Shown piece by piece: positions 24,291-38,061 of a stretch of 64,000 nucleotides of DNA. This DNA is from Octopus sinensis (lineage: Eukaryota). Position 1 is the first letter of the stretch; each line of letters opens with the position of its first letter. The notes below the pieces were generated by a model. The model did not search any database, was not told the origin of the DNA, and worked only from the letters and a program-made list of their open reading frames with translations. Position numbers and translations under genes: made by a program. Location of the stretch: contig NC_043003.1 of the NCBI RefSeq assembly GCF_006345805.1, forward strand, positions 79,732,001 through 79,796,000, given 5' to 3'.

Positions 24291-24653
24291 AAACGGAGAA
24301 AAAAGCAACAACGTGAGGACGTGGTACATGCAAAATATTGATAAAACGTTCAGAGAAGAAAAAACAGTGGTTGTTTCAGCAGAGCTCTTCATAAGAAAGA
24401 AGAGACACAGGAAAGTCCAAAAGAAAATGAAGAAAGATGTAGAAAGGGGTACCCGCATGTTATATATATATATACATACATGTGTGTATATGTATGTGTG
24501 TTAATGTGGCTGCCCGCCTAGCCAACGGAGCGATATATCTTGAAAACTAAAACAATGCAAAGAATCGTATTGTGACCAGCAGTATATAAATGTATAACAA
24601 CATTCGATGGTCTAGTGGATGCAGTGATATACAGGGTACGTATATATATATAT

Positions 24654-25358
24654 ATTGCAAAGTCAGACAAAACATTTAACAGGCTGCACAAGAGTTTGTG
24701 GAATAATAATCATCTTAAGATCAGCACAAATGTCAGAGTCTTCAGGACCGTCGTCATCATGATGCTCCTATATGGCTCTGAGTTCTGGGTCCCCTACCGC
24801 CGTCATCTTAGGCTCCTTGAATGTTTTCACAAACGCTGCCTTCGTACCATGCTCAACATCTACTGGAGCGATGACATCACCAACACTGAGGTCTCCAAGC
24901 GAGGAAAGGTCACTAGTCTGCAAGCCATTTTACTTGGGGCACAACTACGTTGAGCTGGACACGTGACAGGATGAAAGACCACAGCTTACCCAAGATCATC
25001 ATGTATTGCGAGCTAACCACTGGCCACAGCAACAAAGGTGGGGGGCAGCAGAGAAGCGTTACAAGGACTGCCTGAAGCAGTCCCTTAGCGTTTGTGGCAT
25101 TGATTATCGTGAGTGGTCCATATAACAGCTGACTGTTGTGCTGCTTGGCACACCTTACCATCAGCGATGCTGATTCCTCCTTTGAGATCACCCGTAGTGC
25201 CTCTCCTGAAGACAAACGTCAGAGGCGAAAAAATAATGCAGCTGTATCATTAGACCCTGAACAATCATACCTCTGTCATCATTGCAGTCATACATCTGTC
25301 ATCATTGCAATCGGATAAGTCGATCCCACATCAGCCTCATCAGCCACGATGAAAAATA
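24654..25358 (+). mobile_element. RTE-clade LINE 3' fragment (copy 2)
   Basis: Duplicate of 23587-24290. Confidence 0.8.
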
Positions 25359-25648
25359 AAACGGAGAAAAAAGCAACAACGTGAGGACGTGGTACATGCA
25401 AAATATTGATAAAACGTTCAGAGAAGAAAAAACAGTGGTTGTTTCAGCAGAGCTCTCATAAGAAAGAAGAGACACAGGAAAGTCCAAAAGAAAATGAAGA
25501 AAGATGTAGAAAGGGGTACCCGCATGTTATATATATATATATACATACACACACATATATAATAATCATAATAATAATAACAATAATAATAATAATAATA
25601 ATAATAATAATTAATAATAATAATAATAATATAATAATAATAATAATA

Positions 25649-25681
<33 letters not shown>

Positions 25682-26105
25682 ACATACACATGTATACACA
25701 CACACATACATATATATATATATAACATGCGGATACATCTTTCTACATAAGACGACACGTACATACACGATTTCATGTATGTACTTCGCGGTGTTCCCTT
25801 CATTATCATATCATAAAGCACCCTACTTCAAGTCCTTCTAACTAAACTACATTTCCCCTTTTTCTTCGAAATTTAATTTCATCTCGTATCAATTATTAAA
25901 AGCGCTGAGCTGCCAGAATCTATTCTTCTGGATCGAGAAAATAATGAACCAGTCAATCAAAATTGTTGTTGTTGTTGGTGTTGTTATTATCGTTATCGTT
26001 ATTTTTATTGTAAAACAGCATTTCGTTCGTCTTCAGGTACCGAGTTCAAATTTCGCCGGGGTAGATTTTGCCTTCATTCCTTCCAGAGTCGATAAAATAA
26101 ATAGC

Positions 26106-26332
26106 TATTTCTTTATTACCCACAAGGGGCTAAACATAGAGGGGACAAAAAAGGACAGACATAGGTATTAAGTCGATTACATCGACCCGAGTGCGTAACT
26201 GGTGCTTAATTTATCGACCCCGAAAGGATGAAAGGCAAAGTCGACCTCGGCGGAACATGAACTCACAACGTAACTGCAGATGAACTACTACAAAGCATTT
26301 CGCCCGGAGTGCTAACGCTTCTGCCAGCTCGC
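26106..26332 (-). mobile_element. tRNA-derived SINE, family 2
   Basis: Full body and head (gagctggcagaagcgttagcac on the minus strand). Confidence 0.8.
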
Positions 26333-26783
26333 GAATACCAGTTGATCACAGAGATCGAGGTAATCAAGTTATACTCTCATTGGAAATTGCTGGCCTTGTA
26401 CTAAAATTTGTAACCAACATTTATTACATAACCAAAATTGAAAGCCACATCTCCTTTGAATTAGTAATTATTTCTATTTAATCGACCTGTTAAAGATTTG
26501 AAATGCTAATAATATCGTCATTAATCACCTTTCTACTAAAAACCGACCTTTAAATTTTTAATGAAAATTTGATTTTATCTTTATAATTTGCAATTTACAA
26601 TTTAAGCTAAATTTTTAGTCATGAAATTCGGAAATTATAGTATTAGATTCCTCACATGTATTATGTATGTAGGTACGTACGTACGTACGTATGTATGTAT
26701 GTATGTATGTATGTATGTATGTATGTATGTATGTATGTATGTATGTATGTATGTATGTATGTATGTATGTATGTATGTACATA

Positions 26784-26816
<33 letters not shown>

Positions 26817-26908
26817 GTATAAATATATGTATATATATACATATAAACATATATGTGATATGTATATGTGTGCTTAAAATATTCCTTAACAGCTTATGCA
26901 TGTATATA

Positions 26909-26942
<34 letters not shown>

Positions 26943-27001
26943 CGCACACACACATATCAACATATTAACACACATATGTTAGCACACGCACACACACATA
27001 C

Positions 27002-27068
<67 letters not shown>

Positions 27069-27157
27069 TATGCACACACATATATATATACATGCATACG
27101 CTATTAAGGAATTATTAAGCTTACATACATATGCATACATATCAATATGTCTATCTG

Positions 27158-27250
<93 letters not shown>

Positions 27251-28091
27251 ATTATAAGCATACACACACTCTTACAGAAGTCTTAAATAATGTAATTACT
27301 GCCTTAAGGACCTTTACAATATAATTCCTATATTTCACCGAAACCAACCAATTATAAGCTGTTCTAAATTTTCATTTTGATATAATGTAAGGGTGACATC
27401 ATTCAACTTCTTTCTGCAGTATCTTGTTCATGTTTAAAGCTACTATATAAATCCACCGTTCCGACAAAATTTACAAATCATAGGATTGCATTTCAGCCGT
27501 CGTTTCTCGTACGTATGTTAATTAAATCGTCCAGATTCTAGTAGTTTGGCTTTTGTCCATGCGCCCACACCGTGTTGATTGTACCGATCACAAACCTATG
27601 ATTTGTGGAGTTACCATTATATCATTATCTATTGACCAGACAAATACCCTATATTTCCCACCAGTGAGCTAGCTATCGCCTCGGAGAAATTTAGTGAAAG
27701 CAATATTGTTGTCCTCGGCATTAATAAAGCTTCTGGCCGTGTATGACATGGACATTTCCTGTCGAAACTTCCCGCTTGTGGGCTCTACCAGTTCTCATAT
27801 CATAGATCTGTAGCTTTCTGTTCGGCTGCAGTTTTGCTCCGAGTTTTAATAGAGCTTATTCTGTATCGCAGTCAATCAGTGCCAACGTGTCTAAATGTTC
27901 TGTTTATCTCCCATTCCCTTTGTTCTTTACTTCCGTTACTTATTTACCATTATATCTCCAACTTATACGCTTATACGTCTTGAGTTACTCTCGATGTTGG
28001 TTCGGGGGTTCGGGTATTCGGATGTTTCGATGTTTGGGCGCGGATTAAGTTGGACAAGTGTTTGTGATGTAGGTGGTATCTATGCTTGTGG

Positions 28092-28698
28092 AAGGCGGTG
28101 AGCTGGCAGAAACCTTAGCACGCCGGGCAAAATGCTTACGGGTTTTTCTTCTGCCGCTACGTTCTGAGTTCAAATTCCACCGAGGTCGACTTTGCCTTTC
28201 ATCCTTTCGGAGTCTATTAAATAAGTACCAGTTACACACTGGGGTCAATGTAATCGACTTATTCCGTTTGTCTGTCCTTGTTTGTCCTCTCTGTGTTTAG
28301 CCCCTTGTGGGTAGTAAAGAAATAGGTATTTCGTCTGCCGCTACGTTCTGAGTTCAAATTCCGCCGAGGTCGACTTTGCCTTTCATCCTTTCGGAGTCGA
28401 TTAAATAAGTACCAGTTACGCACTGGGGTCGATATAATCGACTTAATCCGTTTGTCTGTCCTTGTTTGTCCTCTCTGTGTTTAGCTCCTTGTGGGTAGTA
28501 AAGAAATAGGTATTTCGTCTGCCGCTACGTTCTGAGTTGAAATTCCGCCGAGACCGACTTTGCCTTTCATCCTTTCGGAGTCGATTAAATAAGTACCAGT
28601 TACGCACTGGGGTCGATATAATCGACTTAATCCGTTTGTCTGTCCTTGTTTGTCCTCTCTGTGTTTAGCCCCTTGTGGGTAGTAAAGAAATAGGTATT
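28092..28698 (+). mobile_element. SINE family 2: one head followed by three tandem ~184-bp bodies
   Basis: The body restarts at ggt(a/t)ttt at 28141, 28326 and 28509, and ends ~28694. Confidence 0.9.
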
Positions 28699-29399
28699 TA
28701 TGATTGTGGAGAGTGTAGTGGTGATGCTGGTAGTATTGGTATTGTGTTTGTTGGAGGTAGTGCTGGTGTTTGTTTTGAAGAGTTTCTTCTGTCTGAATAA
28801 ATTTTTTTGTTGGCGTCCTGAACATAGTTGAAATAAACAAAACTTACGAGCAACCCGAAGTCATGTGTTGATGATACCACCATTGTCACCCTTCTATTAC
28901 AACAATAATAACAACAATAATAATAGCGATAACGATAATAACAACACCAACTACAACAACAATTTTGATTGACTGATTCATTATTTTCCCGATCCAGAAG
29001 AACAGAATGTCAAGTCTATATGAATAGGAATTGAACGCAAATCATAAGGGAAGGTAACCAATCTCTGTTCAATCGATTCCACCAGCTACTTTGTCCGTAA
29101 TGCCAATAATACCACACATAGACACACACACGCACACACACATACACACAGACACAAACGCACACAAACACGGATGCACGCATCAACGTACATGGTTACA
29201 GGCACAAGTTGCACAGCCACACGCAAGCAGTTTTGCATTTACGCTCGGGTAAACAAACGGGAGAGAAAGTACTTAAGCCATGCTGCAGTGTTTATTCTAG
29301 TCATTCACCGGAAGGATCGCACGTAGCGAGAACCTGTTTGCAGAAGACAATACAAGCCATCAGCCAAGCACGAATATATCAGCGGACGCGATTGTTTAA

Positions 29400-30313
29400 T
29401 CATGTTTTGGTTTTTCTCAGACGAGAAAAACTCCCGGTAGAAAATTTTCGTCTGAGAAAAACAAATGCATGTTCGCTTTGAGGGGAAGCTTGAGTTTGTT
29501 CAAAAGCTTCGTAGTGCAATCTTTCATCTTGTCCTTGGTAGCTTGGGATAAAAAATGGCCCTTTCTCATCTTGTATGAGGAATACCGAATGTCTTCATGC
29601 CCTACCTGCTTGATAAGAAACTCAAACACTTCCATGTCCCTGGTGAACACATAGAACAAACGTTGGCTTGCCGTGTCTCCAAAACATGTACCGAGAGTGA
29701 TAAAAATCAAACATCCAGTCAGCATAATGGTGTTTGGAGTCATCACTAGTGATGGCAACGTTATGCCTTCAATCATCTTTCCATACAGTCTCAGACTCAA
29801 CACGAAGGCCTACATCAAGTGCCTGGGGAAGGTAGTACTACCCTGGGTAGAAAGGATGACTGCTGGAAGACCCTATGTCTAGCAACAGGACTCTGCACCA
29901 TGCTATACTAGCAGGAGAACCCAGTCATGGCTGTCAGACAATTTCTGTGACCACTTCACCCTTAACATCTGACCACCTAACTCCCCAAAATGCAACCCTC
30001 TTGACTATGTGTGGGGCACAGTTGACCGAAAGACCAACAAAACTCCTTGTAACACCAAAGATGAATTAAAAGCAAGGTTTATGGCAGCATTCACCAACTT
30101 AAACAAGGCCACCGCCCAGAAGAGCTGCTGGCGATTCTAAAGTCGGCGGGAGGCCGTGGTTGAAGCCAATGGCGATTTTATTGAATAAATTTACTCTTTA
30201 ATATTTCAAGATATTTTTATGCAATTTTGGTAAATATATCAGTTAAAATAAGATGACAGTGCTATTTTCATTTTTGTGTAATTTTGACAACAATTTATTC
30301 AGCACACTTTGTA
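29400..30313 (+). pseudogene. maT/Tc1-mariner-like transposase remnant with internal inversion
   Basis: Plus strand: KHPVSIMVFGVITSDG..QQDSAPC..PPNSPKCNPLDYVWG..VVEANGDFIE*. The upstream part HEDIRYSSYKMRKGHFLSQ..FFSDENF is on the minus strand at 29430-29640. Probable 3' TIR at ~30292-30313. Confidence 0.8.
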
Positions 30314-30686
30314 TATGTATATTTTATATATGTGCATATATATTTATCTATATGCACATATATAACGTAATATATTTTTCTTATAGTTCGAATTTATGTG
30401 TCAAATATTTGGTGGAGACTGTTAAACACTTTTGCTCGCAATGTTCTCTTCCGATGTGGTAGAAACTGTAAGGAAAGTAAGACCAGCCCCCAACACCTCA
30501 CCCATAGCAAAGCAAAACGAACGAACGAACGAGACCTCACAGTATGTAAAAAGAAGGCCTGGAGTCAATTAACAAGATCTATAGAAATTTCCAATACCTG
30601 AATTACCCTTTATAGAAACTATTGAATTTTATTCTTAGCTGTATGCATACATAGCACACAAATTTAATTCATGTATATATATATAT

Positions 30687-30723
<37 letters not shown>

Positions 30724-30892
30724 ATCTATATATATATATGTATATATATGTGTATATTTATGTATATTTATGTATATCTATCTGTATGTATTTGTATATG
30801 CATATGTATACACACACATCTTCACACGCACACATATGTGTTCCAATAAATGTGGATGTGAATGTACATACATATACTTACACATTCATTGG

Positions 30893-30930
<38 letters not shown>

Positions 30931-32734
30931 GCACTCGTAGATATTTATGTTATATATATATATATATATACATACACATACGTATATGTATATTCGATAC
31001 AGAATCTTTTTCCCTCCCTCTTTCTCTGAATATATATACATACATGCACACACAAACATACACATATACATACACATACATACATACATACACATATGCA
31101 GACATATACATATATAAACCTATATATGTATAAATACATAGATATGCATATATATTATATATATATATTAATTCATTGATACCTACATTACAGCAGCTGT
31201 ATTTGATTGCAACCCCAGGCTCATAAATAACTGCTTGCATGTATGAGTATATAAAAATAAACAGGAATCAGTGGTAAGGAAGTATGTCGACTAAATAAAT
31301 AATTATATGTAACTGCAGGTAGGCAATTGTATTTGCAGAATGCAACACATAAGAATCCAAAGACTGAGTCTTCGATAGCGTATCGATAGTGATAATTGTA
31401 TGTGATTTAGGAACAGGACCATCAATTTTTAATGTGAGTGCTTAGTGAACGCCATCAATCCATTACTTGACTGCTCCTTTATTTTATGGGTCCTACAGGG
31501 ATGATATGACAAATGTTGGCGTTGGTGAAATTTGAACTCCGAACGTAAAGACGCGAAACAGATACTGCAAGACATTTTATCCAACACGTTAAAGATCTAC
31601 TAATCCACCGGCCTATAATACAACTAATAGTTATTTGCAACATTAATCTGTCTCTAACTTTAAACCTGTACTGGAATAATCGTTTCAAACATCGACACAA
31701 AACCAAAAGTTTTTTTTAGGGAATGTGGGGTAGTTGATTGCTTCAACCCCGGTGCTTAACTGGGTATGGTAATTATTTTATGTACCAAGGAAGACGACCT
31801 TGACAGTATTTGAAGTCAGAATGTAATGAGTCAGAAAAAATGTCATCTTGTCCGATTGCTAGTGATTCTGTCAGCTCGCCGCGTTTGTGTCAGTACTAAT
31901 AATGACTTCAAATTTTGGTACAAATCCAGCAAATTTAGGGATAGAGTGTAAGCCGATTACATCGGCCTAAGTGCTTGACTGGTACTTCATTTTATCAACC
32001 TCGAAAGTATCGAAAAATAAAGTTAACCTCAGCGGGTCGCCAGTCTTGTCCTAGTACTGATAATAAAACTCTACGTAAAATGACGCAAGCGTGGTTAAGA
32101 AGCTCGCTTTGTAACGCTTGATTTTGGGTTCAGTCCCACCGTGCTGCACCTTAGTCACGTGTCTGTTACTATTGCCTCGAACGGACCAATACCCTGTGAG
32201 TGAATTCGGTAGAGTGAGACTTTGAGGAAGCCCGTCTTATATGTAAATGAATAAATATATTTATACGTGTGTGTCTTTGCGTTCATTCTTACGCTACCGC
32301 TTGACAACCGGTGCTGGTTTGTTTACGGTACCGTAATTTAGCCCAAGAGAATATAAAAGCAGTACTGCAGGCGATTTGTTCGACTAAACCCTTCAAAGGG
32401 AGACCCAGCAAAGCCACAATTCAATAACTGAAACAAGTAATTGATAGAAGATACAAAATATGGTTCAAAGTCAGGTGATTTTTGAATAAAGAAACATTTG
32501 ACAATATATATTCTAGCTGTGACTACCCCTACTCCGTTTTTTATCTAATTATAATGCATCTGCAAGTACATTTATAATGTGGCTCCTTTTTTTTAATTAA
32601 AAGCGATGTGTAACTTAAAGGCGGCAAACTGGTAAGGGTTTTAGTGTGTCCAACAGAATGTCTTGTCATATTTGCACCGGCTTCGTGCGTTCTTGTTCAA
32701 AGTTCAAATTAAAAGCGGTGCTATCATCACAAGT

Positions 32735-33132
32735 ATACTCTTTACTCTTTTACTTGTTCCAGTCATTTGACTGTGGCCATGTTGGAGCACCGCCTTTAGT
32801 CGAGCAAATCGACCCCCGGACTTATTCTTTGTAAGCCTAGTACTTATTCTATCGGTCTCTTTTGCCGAGCCGCTAAGTTACGGGGACGTAAACACACTAG
32901 CATCGGTTGTCAAGCGATGTTGGGGGTAGGTGGGACAAACACACACACATACATACACACACACAAACATACATATATACGACGGGCTTCTTTCAGTTTC
33001 CGTCTATCAAATCCACTCGCAAAGCTTTGGTCGGCCCGAGACTATAGTAGAAGACACTTGCCAAGGTGCCACGTAGTGGGACTGAACCCGGAATCATGTG
33101 GTTCGTAACCAAGCTACTTACCACATAGCCAC
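32735..33132 (-). mobile_element. tRNA-derived SINE, family 1, full length
   Basis: Close match to the reverse complement of 3456-3860. Confidence 0.85.
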
Positions 33133-33336
33133 AAAGCAACGAAAGAGTGTCTACGTGATTGCTCAACCTGTTATGAAAAGCTCGCAAACCTCCTTAAAAC
33201 CATTTCTTTCTTCAGTGGATTCTGAACGTCTGGTAAAATCGCAGGGGCATCACTCAAATCCCAACGAGGTGGGATTTACTTTTCATCCTTTCAAGGTTCA
33301 ATAAAATAGCAGGCCAGTACTAGAGGAGTCCAGCCT

Positions 33337-33343
33337 TCTTCTT

Positions 33344-33376
<33 letters not shown>

Positions 33377-33620
33377 CTCCTGCTCTTGCTCCTCCTTCTC
33401 CTCTTCCTGTCCTGACACCTCCTCTCTTGACACCTCCTCTCTTGACACCTCCTCCCATCACACCTCCTCCTTTTCTCCTCACACCTCCTCTCCTCATACT
33501 TCCTCCTACTCTCCTCACACATCCTTCTCCTCTCCTCACACCTCTTCCTCCTCTCCTCACACATCCTCCTCTTCCTCCTCCACTCCTCTGCATTCCGCTC
33601 CTCCTTTTCCGCCTTCTTCT
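33337..33620. repeat. (CTT)n and (CCT)-rich low-complexity tract
   Basis: Directly visible. It is the source of the poly-R/E ORFs. Confidence 0.85.
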
Positions 33621-33659
33621 CGCCTCCTCCTTCAAAGGTACATCCTCTTTGTGAAATGA

Positions 33660-33902
33660 ACGTGTAAGTGGCTGAGCACTCCACTCACGGATAACCTTAA
33701 CGTAGTTCTCAGAGAGATTCAGTGTGACACATAATGCGACAAGACACGCTTTGAAATACAGGTAAAAATCATTTTTGCCAGCTGAGTGGACTAGAGCAAC
33801 GCGAAATAAAGTGTCTCGCTGAATGACACAAAGCGCCGCCGGGTATCGAACTTACGACCTTAAGATCGCTGAATACGTTGACCACTAAGCCACGCACCTT
33901 CA
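33660..33902 (-). mobile_element. tRNA-derived SINE, family 3
   Basis: Minus-strand head gtgcgtggcttagtgg...gttcgatacccgg, followed by gacactttatttcgcgttgctc. Confidence 0.7.
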
Positions 33903-34451
33903 CACAAAATAAATAAATACAAACAACAAGTAGGATATGCGTTTTGGTAAAATCACTACAGTGACGGACAGAGCGTCACTAGCTATTTTATAAAGTTGCA
34001 TTATGTTCCCTGAGTTCAAATCCCGCCGAAGAAGATTTGCTTCCTGGGGTCGATGACAACCACATAAATGCAAGGTTCAATTTTATCAACTCTTTACTAC
34101 TTCTGCTACTGTAAACATTATAAATGCTTGTCTAGATTACTTAAAATTATGCAATGAAGGACGAAAATACTTCAGTCGTAAAAATCAATGAATATTTTAC
34201 TGCCAACATAAAAAAAAGTTGCCGTAAAATGTGACCTCTCGAACTGGGTAATGCAGTCTTAATGGCAGAGATCCTGGGCATATATATGTAACGGGGATCC
34301 TGGATACATAGATACATAAATACATACATAGATACATAGATACATGCATAGATACATAGATACATACATATATACATACATATATATATATATATACATA
34401 TATATATAAGAGAGCAAAGTGTATGTACGCCGATATATATATATATATATA

Positions 34452-35314
34452 TATAAAATACAAAATAGGACAAGAACGCAAAGCATCCGGACAGCTAATT
34501 GATACAAAAAGGGATAACAAAACATCCTGATAGACGATACAAAGAAAACAAGGACGGGTCATTCGAAGTTTTCTTTCCTCAGTCAAGCACCAGATTATCC
34601 TCGCAATTTCGGCTGATTATTCTTGAGATTGCTCCATTCAGGCCAGCCCCAAGGAAAACTAAGCTAAGAGCATTAGATTCCTTGGAAGAAAGCAGCCAAT
34701 GTATACAAAAACAAGGACGGAAAACACGTACAAAGTTACACAAATATAAGTACAATAATAAATCCAAAAAAATAATAACAGACATAACAACAGGTGTCTT
34801 TCGACTAAGGACGTATTGAATTAAGCTGGCGCGTGTGGAAATGAAGCCTTACGGCAGAGATAGAACACTTTCACAAACACAGGGAAGAATATCGATGTTG
34901 CACGGATGCCCGTCAGATCAAGAAAGAAAGAACAGACTAGGCTGACCAGCGGTCACGTGGGAAGAGAAGAGAGAGAAGTAGAAGCAGAGGGAAGAAGAAT
35001 TAAGGAGAGGGGAGAAAAAAGCACACGGACTTCTTACTCACTTATCCCTCTACTGTTCACTTCAATGTGTTCCTGTTCTTTTTTCTCGCCCCTCCTTAAT
35101 TCTTCTGTCCCTCTGCTTCTACTTCTCTTTCTTCTCTTCCCACGTTACCGCCGGTCAGCCTAGTCTGTTCTTTCTTTCTTGGTCTGACCGTTGTCCGTGC
35201 AACATCGATATTCTTCCCTGTGTTTGTGAAACCATTGTATCTCGGCCGTAAGGCTTCGTTTCCACATGCGCCAGCTTAATTCAATTCGTCCTTAGTCGAA
35301 AGACACCCGTTGTT
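34452..35314 (-). repeat. Unclassified element with a ~240-bp-arm inverted repeat
   Basis: Arms at 34786-35024 and 35075-35314 are diverged reverse complements around a ~50-bp spacer. The left arm continues to a (TA)n tract at ~34452. Confidence 0.85.
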
Positions 35315-36482
35315 TTTACGGAGATGTACCATTTAAGAAACACACAAAATCCGTTAGATTCACTTCAGCATTTAAATTTAATTTGTCAAAATACTTTCGT
35401 CGCTTTCGTGAGCACTGACAAAATTCCGTGCTGCACGAATATGTATGCAGAGAATTTCCGTCATTCGATCCAGAAGTTCGATCAACTGAACAATCTGTTT
35501 TGAATAAACGAGTGAGTGGCTGAGTATTCCACAGACACATGTACTTTTAACGTAATTCTCAGGCAGATCAGTGTGATGCAGTGGGTGAGTGAGACGCTTA
35601 TATCTTTGGAATTATAGATACAATCTCCCTGATAAGCTTACGTGCAGCTTCCGTCTACCCAATTTCACTCACAAGGTAAGGGTCAATTCAACCACGGCTA
35701 AAATGACCTTAGATCTGACCATTCTGGAATGACTTGGGGCTAATTAGCAACAAAAACCAAATTTGGTGAGTCTCTGAGTGCTAAGCCACTTGCACGTTAA
35801 TTTCACAAACAGGCTGTGTCGTTGAAAGAGGAAGCGGAGGAGGCGGAACAGGAGGAGTAGAATGCTGTGTTTCTGTAAGTAAATCTTTGCATAAAGCAAT
35901 GTCTTCAAACAGAGCAAGTCAGCTACGCGGAGCCCATCTTCATTGAAATCTTTATGCTTTCTATGAGATAAGAAGAATTATTACAGTTTGTGATGGGGTG
36001 CACCACAACTTCCTTACCAATACAAACACTTATAACAACAGCAACAACAAATTCAACACTAATAAATAAGATATTGTTCAACGTGAGTTCTGACCTAATG
36101 AAGCTGATCTATGCTAAAATACAGTTCCAGACGTGAGCACCTCATCCTCTTTAAAGAATATCGACGATTTCGAATTCTTATTACCTAACGTTCCTTCAAT
36201 TTTTAAAGATGTATGGATATTACTTGAGTCATTTTTTTTCAATGCTGTTTCTCGGGGCGATATAGAGACCCCTGCACTGGCTCACAATAAGAAGGTAGTT
36301 GTTTGCAAATGCGCATAAAAGTCAAACCAAAAGAGCAATGCACAAGTTATAGCTAATACTAGAACTATAAGAGAAGAAAACTGTACAGAGACAATGTCTA
36401 TTACAAGAATACATACATATATGTATATATATATATATATATATAAATATCTATATCTATATCCATATATATATATTATATA

Positions 36483-36516
<34 letters not shown>

Positions 36517-37284
36517 GTGTGTATATCATATTGTTGGTGACAATGTATTTTGCCGCTATATAATTAGTGAGTTATATCATATTTGTGTTTGGTTTATCAA
36601 ATTACAGTCATCTTCGCGAAAATTTCTTATCTGTGCGATTGTATGTTTATTGACCTCTGTTGTGCTGCTAGCTCAGCTGTGACTATTTATTGACTTATAC
36701 TCATCTCCGTTGCTTCGTTAGATCTAGCTATATTTATTATATCGTCATATCTCGTGTGTGTGTTTTTTTTTTGTTTGTTTTTGACTTGACGTTTTCCTAC
36801 GCCATAACCGCCACCACCACCACCACCAGCACCAGCATCATAATCACCATCACCATCACATTTTTGTTTCGATTCTTTGGTTTAGCTTTATATATTAAAC
36901 TCACAACTATCAACTAGTTTTATATCGTGAAAGATATGAAAACTTGTATTGCAACGTAAATCAATAAACGTAAATATTTACATAAAATTCTTTTAATTTA
37001 GCTACCAGCTAGAACTAACAGTAACAGCAGCAGCAATAACTACAAGAACAACAGATAAATACAAAAAAAAAGACCCAAAACAAAAAACAATAAAAAAGCA
37101 GGACGAGTAACAGAACAATATAGTGAAATGAACTCTACACACCCACACATATACATATGTATGTATGTATGCATACATACATATATGTACGTGTGTACAT
37201 GTATATGTATATAAATATATGTGTATATATATATATATATATTATATATTATATATATATATATATTATATATATATATATATA

Positions 37285-37485
37285 TTCTTTTATTTGTTTC
37301 AGTGATCTGACTGTGGCCATGCTGGAGCAAAGCCTTTAGTCGAGCGAATCGACCCCAGGACTTATTCTTTGTAAGCCTAGTACTTATTCTATCGGACGCT
37401 ATTGCCGAACCGCTAAGTGACGGGGACGTAAACACACCAGCATCGGTTGTCAAGCGATGTTGAAGGGAGAAACAGAGGCACACAA

Positions 37486-37530
<45 letters not shown>

Positions 37531-37666
37531 CACGACGGACTTCTTTCAGGTTCCGTCTATCAAACCCACTCGCAAGGCTTTGGTCGGCCCGAGGCTATAG
37601 TAGAAGACACTTGCCCAAGGTGCCACGCAGTGGGACTGAACCCGGAACTACATGGTTGGTAAGCAA
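37285..37666 (-). mobile_element. tRNA-derived SINE, family 1
   Basis: Reverse complement of the family 1 sequence. Confidence 0.85.
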
Positions 37667-37902
37667 GAGAGAGAGAGAGAGAGAAAAAAAAAGAAAGAGA
37701 GGTGGAGGGCGTCTGTATAGTATCCTACAGATAAACAGCCTGGGTCAACCCTGGTTTATAGAAGAAAACTCTTGCCCACAACGTCGGTCAGTGGAATCGA
37801 ATTCTAAGGTAAGCCGCTGTTAGAAAAACTTCACTATACAGCAATGTCTGCGCCTCTGTTTTTATGTAAGAATGCATGTGTGCGAGTCTATCTCTCTGTC
37901 TA

Positions 37903-37941
<39 letters not shown>

Positions 37942-37979
37942 CCATCCATCTATCCATCTATCTATCCATCCATCTATCC

Positions 37980-38061
<82 letters not shown>

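Larger units (their letters stand above)
23433..25550 (+). repeat. Tandem duplication of a ~1066-bp unit
   Basis: Unit start tgttaatgtggctgcccgcc at 23433 and 24499. Copies are nearly identical and differ mostly by 1-bp indels. Confidence 0.9.

Noticed and set aside
34555-34660. Hammerhead in the fold-back element
   Set aside because: The CTGAGGA motif lacks a proper GAAA/stem III, and the GGCTG/CAGCC-GAAA motif lacks an upstream CTGANGA.
37876-38061. N-terminal part of the 685-aa ORF
   Set aside because: It is translated (CT)n/(ATCT)n microsatellite (SIYL repeats). The real retroelement sequence starts at ~38062.
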